Positions 13,461 through 24,899 of a stretch of DNA of 64,000 nucleotides are shown here, in pieces; the stretch's first letter is position 1, and every line of letters starts with the position of its first letter. The notes under the pieces were generated by a model. The model was given only the letters and a program-made list of their open reading frames with translations, made no database searches and was not told the origin of the DNA. A program made the translations under genes and the position numbers. Source of the stretch: Haliotis rufescens (lineage: Eukaryota); assembly GCF_023055435.1 (NCBI RefSeq), contig NW_025964372.1, positions 41,106,001 through 41,170,000 on the forward strand. The letters run 5' to 3'.

Positions 13461-14579
13461 GTTGTTTCTTCTTGGAATAGCTGCATGGTATTTTGAACAA
13501 GCCCCACTATACCATGTATTCAACTGTATATTATAATATTTTGTTGTTGTTGTTGTTGTGGTTTAACGCTGCACTCAGCAATATTTGTATGATATAAAAA
13601 GAAGCAACTTTCTATAATCTTAAGACAAAGGTAAATAAGTTCTGATTTCCCTGGGACAGTTACATCTGACATATTTGTACATTTGCATTTCACAAAGCAC
13701 CATGTGGTTTGTCTGGATGTGCCTGTACTTGATGTGTTGAGCTGCAATAGTCTCCATGCAGCCATGATGGAAGGTTTCAGTTGATATTGTCCCTATATCA
13801 GTATATGACTCATATCAAGTCCACCCAACAAGCTGGTCAGAAGGACATTGATATGGCTATACCTGTCATAATGTTGCAGTGCACTTCATGCTGTAAATGA
13901 TGGACCAGATCCAGTTGCTCTGAAGCTGTTACCACAAGAACACATCTCATTGAAGTCATGTCTTCTCACACAAGTTCAGTTCAATAAGAGGGCTTCACAT
14001 TCCTTCATTAAAATCACTGAATTCCCATACCCTATTTCCGAATATCCGTAAAAAGAAATATTTCAGTTGCAAATTGAATGCTATCAAATATCAAATAAAG
14101 ATATTCCTTTCAGCATACTGGACATGCTGACCTCTGAACTACATGGAAGTAAAACTATATCCTTAATGATGTTTCAAAGGATGATTGCAAGGTCTTAAGT
14201 TCATGAAGAAAGAGGAACAAGACAGGTCTTTGATGTCGATATAAGGCAATGAAGAATGGCCTGTCTGACCTCATGATCGATCACATATATTCATATGCTT
14301 TTGACACAGAGAGTTATACCATGGTGCATAATACACTATGTACTTCTTGTGTAATATACACTGTCAACTTGATGTATAACATAAACTGTGACTTGGAGTG
14401 ATGTATACAATGTCTACTTGGTGCATTGAGTGCTATATACTGTCACATTGGTGTGCAATATATTGTCTACTAAGTGTGTAACATACACTGTCGACATTGT
14501 GCATCATGTCTAGAGTGTATGTGTATGATGCATCTTCATATTCAAATGAACCAGACTGGTATGTCATGTCCCCAGACAT

Positions 14580-15990
14580 GCAGGGATATAGCCCTACAGC
14601 TTCTGACTTGGTTAAATACCTAGCACACTTATTATACTGAATACAGTATATACATCTATAGTGATTACATCATAATATCTTGTTAAGTAGCAAAGTAGTG
14701 ATAGAACTATTCATCATTTGATAATTAAGAAAAATGTTATAAAGCATTGTAAACAACATCATTTTTGTGTTTTTTATCTTTACCCAATGTACACTATCAA
14801 ATCCTTTGCTCAGATTTGGTTGGTTGGTTCGTTGTTTAACGTCTCACTCAGCAATATTCCAGATATATGATGGCGGTCTGTAAATAATCGAGTCTGGACC
14901 AGACAATCCAGTGATTGACATCATGAACATCGATCCACGCAATTGGGATCAATGACATGCATCACCTTTGCTCAGAATTTAGAGATAGTCTGCCTCCTGA
15001 CAATAGTAAAGAATGCATGATCATGCAGCACAGTGTCTTATTAATTCAAGGACAGAAGCTGACCTGGAAAATCTACATTGTGTTCAGATACAAATTTGCA
15101 GATGATTATAACCATCCTTTACCACTGAGCAAGCTAGCATGGCTCGAGGACCAGAGACACAGCTAATTGACATCCCTTCTTTTGTTACTGATCTGTCATC
15201 TTTCCTCTTTGAATCTCCATTTTACAAGCACTTCCATGAGGCCACTGCGTTCCAGTGGTATTAACACTCACTGTCTCCTAACTTTACATATACTAATCCT
15301 GGGAGGCAACTATGGAAGCTCAGGTTACGAGGGCTATCAAGTACAGCCTTCAAGATGCCTCCAAACAGATGAAACACAGCAGTGATTGCTACAAGCCCAT
15401 GAGGACTGTGTAGCTATAGACAATGTTGTGCTGCTATCGTGCATACAACTAATGGCTCCACAGTGTTGGTTTTGAAAGTACCTCGAAATGGCTGTGTAAG
15501 GTTGAACTAGCCTGTAGTGAGGGAGTGAATCAGGTCTTAGCATTGCTCAAAGGCTGTACTGAGAGATATGTCCATGGATGTGTAGTAATTATATCTTCCT
15601 AATAGACAAGTCTAGCTATGTGGACACACTAAGGTCTCTTATAGGGACCACTTGTCCATATTATTTACATCATCTAGAAATAATGATTTAAACTACTACT
15701 TATTGCCTTAGAATCTTGTGCAAATCTAACAAGGGCTTAACATTAGTTTTGTCTTTTACGCCCAAAGGAATCTGTTCCGGCAAATAATTGAGGGTGATTA
15801 TTCTCTGGCGTTACCTATCATGCCTGTCAGTTTCAAAGGAGGATGGAAGCCCTATATGATACAGGTTGTTGAAGCCGAATGCTTACATTAGCTCAGTGCT
15901 GGTAGGGTGCAGTCAACACCAAGTTGAAACTGGGATTCAAACGGTCAATGCATCATGGCAAATAAGGAAAACAACTCTAGATACTGCGGT
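14580..15990 (+). pseudogene. Heavily decayed DIRS/Ngaro-type tyrosine recombinase remnant
   Basis: Ordered degenerate motifs: YSPTASDLVKYLAHLL (~14590), WF*KYLEMA (~15470, cf. GFLRxSEL), LKGCTERYVHGCVVII (~15550, cf. KSKTDxxRxG), LH*LSAG (~15885, cf. HSLRxGG), MHHGK* (~15950, cf. HGRW). Confidence 0.45.
14814..14963 (-). mobile_element. Family B, 5'-truncated
   Basis: 12-bp TSD cctttgctcaga. Confidence 0.9.
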
Positions 15991-16152
15991 GTTGTAAGTT
16001 GTAAGCATTCACATGGTAAATTAAGACATACACTGAGAGTCACTGCAAGAATGGCTGGGTACAGATGAATGAATCAGCAATATACTATCAGCAGTACCTA
16101 AGAGTCACCAGGCCTGGCCTAGGATATAAAATGATGTAATGTGTGAGCAATA

Positions 16153-16300
16153 TTTTGTTTTGTTGTTTGTTGGCGTTTAATCCACAACAGCAATATTCAA
16201 GCTAAAAAGCATGATAATCAAGACTGGACTAGACATACCAGTGATTTACATTATGTGCAACACCCCATAATGCACATTATCAACCAAGTCCCACAAGCCT
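16153..16300 (-). mobile_element. Family B, old diverged copy abutting the 68-bp array
   Basis: cagcaatattcaagct..ataatcaagactggactagaca..ccagtgatt..atcaaccaagtc. Confidence 0.7.
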
Positions 16301-16310
16301 GTAGTACCAC

Positions 16311-17252
16311 TGGTGGCTTCTGTGTCCTGATTGAACAGGTTACACCTGATTGTGACAAAGACAAGCATGGGGTAATAGTGGTGGATTGTGTGTCCTGATT
16401 GAACAGGTTACACCTGATTGTGACAAAGACAAGCATGGGGTAATAGTGGTGGATTGTGTGTCCTGATTGAACAGGTTACACCTGATTGTGATTCAGACAA
16501 GCATGTGGTAATACTGGTGGATTGTGTGTCCTGATTGAACAGGTTACACCTGATTGTGACACAGACAAGCATGAGGTAATAGTGGTGGATTGTGTGTCCT
16601 GATTGAACAGGTTACACCTGTTTGTGATTCAGACAAGCATGTGGTAATACTGGTGGATTGTGTGTCCTGATTGAACAGGTTACACCTGATTGTGACACAG
16701 ACAAGCATGGGGTAATAGTGGTGGATTGTGTGTCCTGATTGAACAGGTTACACCTGATTGTGATTCAGACAAGCATGTGGTAATACTGGTGGATTGTGTG
16801 TCCTGATTGAACAGGTTACACCTGATTGTGATTCAGACAAGCATGTGGTAATACTGGTGGATTGTGTGTCCTGATTGAACAGGTTACACCTGATTGTGAC
16901 AAAGACAAGCATGTGGTAATACTGGTGGATTGTGTGTCCTGATTGAACAGGTTACACCTGATTGTGAAACAGACAAGCATGTGGTAATAGTGGTGGATTG
17001 TGTGTCCTGATTGAACAGGTTACACCTGATTGTGACACAGACCAGCATGGGGTAATACTGGTGGATTGTGTGTCCTGATTGAACAGGTTACACCTGATTG
17101 TGACACAGACAAGCATGTGGTAATACTGGTGGATTGTGTGTCCTGATTGAACAGGTTACACCTGTTTGTGATTCAGACAAGCATGTGGTAATACTGGTGG
17201 ATTGTGTCCTGATTGAACAGGTTACACCTGATTGTGACACAGACCAGCATGT
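16311..17252. repeat. Minisatellite, 68-bp unit, about 14 copies
   Basis: Periodicity 16381, 16449, 16517; each unit carries the hairpin CAGGT-TAC-ACCTG. Confidence 0.97.
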
Positions 17253-17299
17253 AGTATTCACACACCACCTCCTCCTCATAACATTCCCTTCATACAATG

Positions 17300-18700
17300 C
17301 CATGAGGTGGAAGTAACCTTTCCTGCCCTTGAATTGTGAGAAGACCCATATGCTATTGTGCAACTCCAAAACAGTGTTGCGTTGCTATCTTTTGGCTAAT
17401 ATTTCAAGAGTTACAAAGGGTCCGAGAGATGGGTTCAAGCAATCAAACAAGACTTGGACAGATTGCAACTATGGAACACTAGTCAGACAGACATTGTGGA
17501 TAGACTGTAAGAAGATCTGGCATCAGTGTGTAGTATAGCCAGTCAAGAGTATCAGCCAGTGTAAACAGCAAGCTAAGATGAGAGTGCCCCGGTGTACACA
17601 GATCAGCCCTGTTGGGGGATGCTGTCAGATGGAGAATACATTACAACATTGTTTTTATCGTATTTTGGTTTATCATGCCCAGAGGTTGGCCAACCCAGAT
17701 TTACGGAAATGTCAAACATCCGTCAACTAAAGCTGGCAGATTACTGATCAACTTGCCATGTCACGCTCCAAGTGTTTCACTTATCTACACTTTAAGCATC
17801 AGACTGGAGAGAAAAAACGTCAGCTGGATGGTAAAGATTGATCAAATATGGACAGGATTATTTTGTTCAAATTGATTTTGTGTACCTTCATATCATAAAG
17901 ACTCAGTCAACTCAAAGTCTCAAGTCCATAAACACCAATTACAACTATTTCTTGCTTTGCATGAAACACGTACTCACTCCTGGCTTCAACCAAACTGCGG
18001 TGTTATAACGGTCTCACATTTTTTGTGGACATTTTAGCAAACACACTCTCCATGTCTCCTTTACATTGGTGTTTTCTGCCAAAATCAATCTTCAATCAAC
18101 TGTCAACCTATCTTGCAACACATTTCTTAAAAAAGGAGTGTATGTACTAAGTTCCGAACTTGTTCATAGAAACAACAAGTTTTTAAAATTTGGACAAATA
18201 CTGGTAAAGAGCACATATGAGAGAGTCCAGTCACATGAACTTAATAGTACATGACAAGTATTGACACTACAGAGTATTTTTTTAATACATATATAATACA
18301 ATTTTGATGTGCCCTGCATGTCAATACTAACATTCTATCATGGGTCCAGTGTTGTCTGTAGTTCATAGTAGATCAGTCTCGTCTCTGTCTGGTAGGTTTC
18401 AACACTACAGTGTTTAACAATGGACCACAATCTGCTGACCTGTAACATGAAACTCTTCCACAATGGTGTTCGGCCAGGCTATATCACTTCATGTCATTTC
18501 CATCAAATTACGTGACAAGTGCCAGCCTCATAACTAGGTTGCGGAAATTACACTCTACTATTTGCTCTATTGTGTCACCTAGGTGCAACATGGCTTCTCA
18601 TGAAACCCATCCTTTGTCTTACAACTAGCAAGTACCATCAGTTTCATCCTGCCTGACTTCCTGAAGAAACATATCCATGCTTCATCTGCAACACATGTTA
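17300..18700 (-). pseudogene. Decayed LINE (CR1/L2-like) reverse transcriptase remnant
   Basis: Ordered degenerate motifs on minus strand: RMGFMRS (~18605, cf. QHGFR), SVVSILVMYY (~18260, cf. SVLGPLLF), AN-LGMINQN (~17680), VLELHNSIW (~17360, cf. LEYASxVW). Confidence 0.45.
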
Positions 18701-19057
18701 ATCTGGAATCTTGACACATAGAAACTCATCATACATTGTGTCGTAGCTGCTGTTTAACACAAATCAGTGTCTCTCTCACAAGACCTGTGCAATAGCTGGC
18801 TCTTCCTGCTCCAGTCTGCTAAACTGTGTATATTCCTGTCAAGTCTACACAAAGACGAACATTTAGTCAATAAAAACATTTCTTTAAAATAATTGTTTAT
18901 TTTTTTCTTCAAAAGAACCTTGCCTTTTCTGCTGTTTTCATATGTGGAATCAAGGAAACTAGACTTGGTTTAACTTTAGTTTGATCTAGACTTGCCTAGG
19001 CTTTTAGGGGAAAAAAGATTCACATAATGTTCAGGCAAAGAAAATCTGCATCTCATC

Positions 19058-19185
19058 TCTAGCAATATTTTGTATTCTATTGTGTATGTCAATGTTTTAA
19101 TTGGTCATGTTCATGTTTTGTACCCTGGCCCCTGTGGGTGTTAATGTACAATAAATATTCTTCTTCTTTTTCTTCTTCTTCTTCT
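19058..19185 (+). mobile_element. 3' end of a LINE (AATAAA plus (TTC)n tail)
   Basis: Closely similar inverted copy at 28196-28310. Confidence 0.75.
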
Positions 19186-19298
19186 CCACAAGCAGGAAGA
19201 ACAAGGGAACTATCTAACTCCCTGTATATATATGGGACACAGCACTGGTACTTTAGACAATGAGCAGCAACACCAGGCTGTGTGTTATGACCACAAGC

Positions 19299-19662
19299 TA
19301 GGGGTGAAACAATACATCGGTGCATTTTGAGTTTTCATGAGGCCATACGATACATGATATGTTTTTTTCTGTATCGATACAAGACGATACACTTGTTGAA
19401 ATTAATTATTTACTACTCGTTTAATGATCCCTGACGCATTTGTCAGTCAGGTATTGCAAAATGTGTTGCAATTAGCGTTTCATGTCCGCTACTAAAAATA
19501 GCCGCTACAAACATGTGTCTACAGCAATGTTTTCTTTTGAACTTGCTCTGAAATATTTATTGTCAAGAAGTTTCCATGCAATTTGATGTAAATGTGCGTA
19601 TCGCGATATGTTTTGTATCGTGACGTATGTATTGTGATACGTATCATATCGTGACCTTGCTG
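19299..19662. mobile_element. hAT-like MITE with CGATAC/GTATCG subterminal repeats
   Basis: Starts TAGGGGTGAAACAATAC; cgatac repeats on the left, gtatcg repeats on the right; right TIR degenerate. Confidence 0.6.
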
Positions 19663-20322
19663 TATGGTTCCCCCGCCCCCCCACCACAAGCAGGAACCAC
19701 AAGGGAACTGTTCCAGCTCCCTACAGAAGACATAGTACTGGTAAGGTCGACAATGAGCAGCAACACCACGCTGTCTTATCTCCACAAGAATCACTTTTTG
19801 TCAGTCTTGACACATTCACACGAACACCACCCTCCTCCTACACTTATCATCAAAGACTGACAAGTACACAGACCTTGCAAAAATCTAGATAAAGAACATG
19901 TTATTTTCCATCCAACATTATGACATGCAATCTCAATTACCCTGTGTTTGTTTGGCTAAAATAACTTTGGCTTGTGGCCAAAGCAGAAAAAGTCTCAGTG
20001 TTAAACATATATTTATCTCTTTTGCGTGGATTTTATATTTTTGAACAGCTAAGTAATATTTGAGTAGGCGCTTATACATGGAGGACACCCATGCTATTTG
20101 TCTTACAGTCAGCGTAGTTAAATTATTAATGAATCTACCTCCCAGGCATGTACACTGTTGTTTAATGCGATGTTGACTTAGATGGGCGCCCTCCGCAAAG
20201 CCAATAAACATTGCCTATAAATCAAAAGACTCCTAATTGTTATTGCTGATATTTTTATCTGTTTTATTGGTAACAACTATGAATCTTTCAAGTAGAAACA
20301 TGAGTTTTTATAAATATGTATA

Positions 20323-20506
20323 CAGCGATAATTCGAGGGTGGGGCTTTCTGCTTTCAGCCCCTTAATTTGAAAAAAAGGCCCACATTTTCAAATACAAGA
20401 GGGTATTTTAACATTGTGCTGTATGGGCAAGTGTGGGTGTACCTCTGGAATACATGACATTTTCACATAAAGGGCCCATGTCAGAAAATTCCTAGAGTGA
20501 ACCCTG
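20323..20506 (+). mobile_element. MITE family M6 (hAT6-like)
   Basis: CAGCGATAATTC...GTGAACCCTG; perfect 6-bp TSD TGTATA. Confidence 0.85.
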
Positions 20507-21900
20507 TGTATATACACCTTAATTCCACTAGCCGTGCTCAGGTCTCAGGCAGAAACTGAGTATAACACTCCGGTGATTACAAGTGAAACTCGGTCCCAAT
20601 AATGACACTATCAAATTGATGAAGGTATTGTATTTGTTGTTTTGGGTGAAATTACACTATTTAAAAGTCAAAAGCACGGCTAGAACTTAAAAGGTTTCTG
20701 TCTGAGTATTTACGGTAGTTGCTGCTCATCTGGACATCCTAATTACACCACATTCTTGTGTGTGTTCCCACTAAATTGTCATTAAAGTCCTTTGTGGGAT
20801 GTGGCAAAAGTTCTAATCTGCAAAATTACTGGCAATTTTTGTCAATAGAATTTCAAAGGAAAGGCTCAATGACAAAAGTAAATGTCAACTACTGAACAAA
20901 TAACAACAGCTAGCAGCAAATATTTCTCGATGGAGCTGTCGATAGTATTTCAGAGCACCAAGCACATTCAATGACAGAGACATCCTGTTAAGAGCTACTG
21001 AGCTGCCTGGTACAGTCAGAGCTGCCTGTTACACTCAGAACTTGATGTGTCTCTTGTTTCCATGAGATTGGGACAGCTAGATACTATTTCAGTCATGGTA
21101 TAGCAATGATACTTCTGGTGTCCTCACCCAGAGGCTAGTGTTGCACCATGAGTCCGACTGGGGCTCACAGGACATGTAGCCAGCATGCAACCAACAAAGG
21201 AAGTTTGTCTTACTTTTTTCCTTAAAGTAAACAAGATATAGTCTTACAGACAGCTTGGATATCACTACTTAATGGCAAGTCATGCCCGATCACTCACATA
21301 TGGAATTTCATTGAAAAAAACCATGACTGTGCTTTCTCAATGTACGAAACAAATGGAAGGAATTATTTACAACTGACATAGATTAGCCCCCAAATAACCT
21401 GACGGCCTATTCATGAAGCTGTCTTAGCTAAGACACTTCTTGATTACTTACAACTACGGTTACAAAATGCAATAAGAGCTATTCCTGTATCTGTCTTAAA
21501 CCTATTGCAATATTATCTTACTTTAGACAGTGCTAATCCCAGCTTAGACAGTGAACTCTTTTGTGACAGAGGTGAAATAAGCCGGGGTTTCCCAATGCAG
21601 GAAGACTAAATGTAGACAATGTAGACTTAAATTCATGTATGCATTCATAAATTTAAATATATTCATATAATTTTCAAAAACATACAATTAAACCGCAACA
21701 GAAGATAAATGTTGATGTTATACCGGTGTGAATTCTTTTTTGCCAGAGGGTGGTTTTATATATTTTACTGTAACATGATCAATGAGAATAATATCATAAA
21801 GCTGTTTTCTTTTATAGATGAAACTAGCAGGCATAAGAATATATAAGGAAAAAGAAAATGTTGCAAATATATAAGTAACCGATTCAGCTCAGGGAGTGTT

Positions 21901-22057
21901 AGATTTGTCAGCACCACTCGTGGGTTTCACCGAAGTGGTAAACTTCTGAGACCTGCATCACTTCGGGCTTTCCTCCCACATTAAGCTGACACGCCGTGAT
22001 ATAACTGGAATACTGTTAAAAGCGGCGTTAAACCCAACTCACTCACTCACTCACTCA
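21901..22057 (+). mobile_element. SINE-C, 5'-truncated
   Basis: 13-bp TSD ctcagggagtgtt; (CACT)n tail. Confidence 0.92.
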
Positions 22058-22644
22058 CTCAGGGAGTGTTGCATAAACCATGTCGTAATTGTGGGGCGTT
22101 GTGATGTATTTACAGGTCGCACACTTTGCTATGTTCTTTTCAATCAGTTTACAATATTATTTCCGACTGCATCTTGTGATAACTATGCTATGAGACAAGT
22201 GAAAATCACCAGGACAAGTGAAAAGAAGGACATGCACTAACCAAGTGGTTAAGTATTTGTAGAGATACTAACAGAGTAAGTTTTTTTGTGCACATCTAAA
22301 AAATTAAATGGTAAAACAAATCCTGAAGAAAGATCAAGACTTGAAAATCACAGATGCCTATTTCATCCTTGAAACTCACATCACAAAAGTTAACATAGTA
22401 CTTTGTAAATATCCTGTTTGTATGTATGTTTCTTTCATATATGTTCAGGATTTCCTTATGATATCCTATAACCTTAATAATCTCCTGTAAGGTGTCACTG
22501 TGTAGGACCTCACATCTAGCAAAAGGAAACTAATATGAACCACGACAAGGAATAAGTGTATTCTATCACACACTTTGAACAAACATCCTTGACGATATAA
22601 TGATAGTGAATAAAAAAATTAACAATATGCAATCTCATTAAAAT

Positions 22645-22752
22645 TGATGCTCATGACATCAATCAATGGATTGTCTGGTCAAGATTCGATTATTTTCAGA
22701 CCGCTGTCATATAGCTGGAATATTGCTGAGTGCGGCGTAAAACAACCAACCA
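22645..22752 (+). mobile_element. Family B 3' fragment
   Basis: gattgtctggtc...gctggaatattgctgagtgcggcgtaaaacaaccaacc. Confidence 0.85.
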
Positions 22753-23653
22753 TCGTAAAAATCAAATCTTTTACTCCAATATGATGCCTCTCTTGTGTCA
22801 AGATCTCAGGATAGCTGTATGGTAACACGAAAGTTACTCAAGCAGGAGTAGTAGACGTGAATTGTTAACATTTTACTACAATCTGAACAGCTATGTAAGG
22901 TTGGTTAGCAATCTACAGAAACACTATGGTTTCTGTCTGCAAATGACGTTAAGTATTTTACACAACACTGAGAGAATAAACTTGAAACGTTGCTTTCATC
23001 ATTCGTAATGGAATATTCAGTCATGGATTAAATACTTATCAAACAGAATGCCATCCAACTATACGTAAATGACAAAGTGCTCACTCAAATAAACGCAATA
23101 TTTCATTTGTTGTAGTCAAAGGGAAACCACTCCCACTCTCTACATAAATTAAATGCCCATGACAAGAAAAGGTCATGGTCATAGCGATAACATGCAAACA
23201 TGCTGCTAGTCTTGCAACTGAAATACATGAAAAAAACAAAAAACAATTGTTATGCTATCATCTGTTATCGACTTTCTGTTGGTCAGAAGTCATAATTGCT
23301 AAGTGTGATGTTTGCGGCATATTTTCCAGGATCTGTTGTCTGTGTTTTGCAGAAACCACTTGGTCTTGTAGTCAGAAATGATACAGTAGACCTATAGAAC
23401 CGAATCGATTTCTTCAACATGCAATCTATTGTCTGCAATCTTACCTGTCATAAGTTCAGATACAAATCTGACCCTGTCGTAGTTTTTGTCGTAAACTTAA
23501 GATGACTTAGTGCTAAGAGGGCTTCAAGACTTAGCTGAGATTTCTTTTGGCTACAACAATCCAAGCGCTGTGTATGTATGTGGTAGTGAGTGGGAGGGGG
23601 TTTGTGAGTGAGTGAGTGAGTGAGATGCATGATTCTACATCAGCAAAGTCTAC

Positions 23654-23752
23654 AAATACTACGTAATACTGCACCAGTCATATCAGAGTGTATGAATACT
23701 ACTCATACTGCACCAATCATATCAGAGTGTGTGAATACTACTCATACTGCAC
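23654..23752. repeat. 39-bp tandem repeat, about 2.5 copies
   Basis: aatactactcatactgcaccaatcatatcagagtgt. Confidence 0.85.
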
Positions 23753-23899
23753 AAGCACTTTTTCAGCTGTTTTGACACATCAGAACCTAAAGGAAATATC
23801 CCATGAAAATCAGGACAAAATGTGTGCACTGATGTAGCTAATTCAAGTGATGAAATCAGCAAACATTTGGAGTAGCTGAACCACAAACTTTCATATTAC

Positions 23900-23973
23900 C
23901 TGATCATTGGCAAATGATAATGGCCTCCGGGCGATATCCATGTTATCCAGCTGTAATTTGGTGACTGCTCGCT
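23900..23973 (-). CDS. Isolated internal coding exon (74 nt, phase 1 in / phase 0 out): xRAVTKLQLDNMDIARRPLSFANDQ; possibly stem region of heparan sulfate 2-O-sulfotransferase (HS2ST1-like)
   Basis: Minus strand reads tttttctttgtttccag|AG CGA GCA GTC ACC AAA TTA CAG CTG GAT AAC ATG GAT ATC GCC CGG AGG CCA TTA TCA TTT GCC AAT GAT CAG|gtaata: strong polypyrimidine acceptor, canonical donor, open frame, locally retained CpGs. Identity is inference from recalled vertebrate HS2ST1, whose exon 2 begins at a phase-1 junction E|RAIAR after a very large intron. Confidence 0.7.
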
Positions 23974-24551
23974 CTGGAAACAAAGAAAAAACTTTTAAGT
24001 ACAGAAAACTGAAAACACATCAATCACAGCTGACATTTAACAGCACGTACATATGCTGTAATCCATCTTTTGGATATGGATTATGGATATAATTCCCTGA
24101 AAAATGTGTACAGTTTAGAAAGGGCACCTCATTGTTTTCCTAAGTAAATGTCAATACGTTGCCATAGACAGACACATTCATGTTCATGTGTGCACTACTT
24201 GTTACACTTAGTAGCTTTGTGACTACATTAGGTAGGCCATACAACTGAATACATGCATATTACACAGCAGGATTTTCACACCTACATCAATGCACACTTG
24301 CAGGCATCCAGTGCACGGGGGATTGTGCTGTCAAACAAAGCTGTTGGAACATTTATTTTCTATGTTAGAGTCCATTCGACAAAATATTCATAGAACAGAT
24401 TTAGCTTTTGGTCTACTGGCAGGTGTTTACTGCAATCTAGTTGCCGACAGCAGTCAATTATGTAAGAGAAGCCACATATTTGTTATCTGAGCCTCTAAAA
24501 ATATGACAATGTCACATTATCACATTTCTCTATCAACTGTGAAGAAGTTAA

Positions 24552-24782
24552 GGTTGGTTGGCTGGTTCATGTTTCACGCCGCTCTCAGCAATATTCCAAC
24601 TATATGGCGGTGGTCTGTGAATAATCCAGTCTGAACCAGACAATCCAGTAATTGATGTCATGAGCATCGATCCACACATTTGGGATACGATGACATGCAT
24701 CAACCAAGTCAGCGAGCCTGATCACCCGATCCCGTAAGTCGCCTCTTACAACAAGCATAGTCGCCTTTTACGGCAAGCATGC
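24552..24782 (-). mobile_element. Family B, 5'-truncated
   Basis: 11-bp TSD aagaagttaag. Confidence 0.9.
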
Positions 24783-24899
24783 AAGAAGTTAAGAATAATG
24801 AGTCATCCCAACTGAATAGCATATGGGCAGTAAGTTTAGCAAATAAGACATAATGATAACTAACAATAGAACTGCATAGCCTGGAAGGCCAGGAGCAAT

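Noticed and set aside
23446-23570. Possible minus-strand exon ending at a strong CAG|GTAAG donor
   Set aside because: Stops in all frames unless a weak acceptor without a pyrimidine tract is used.
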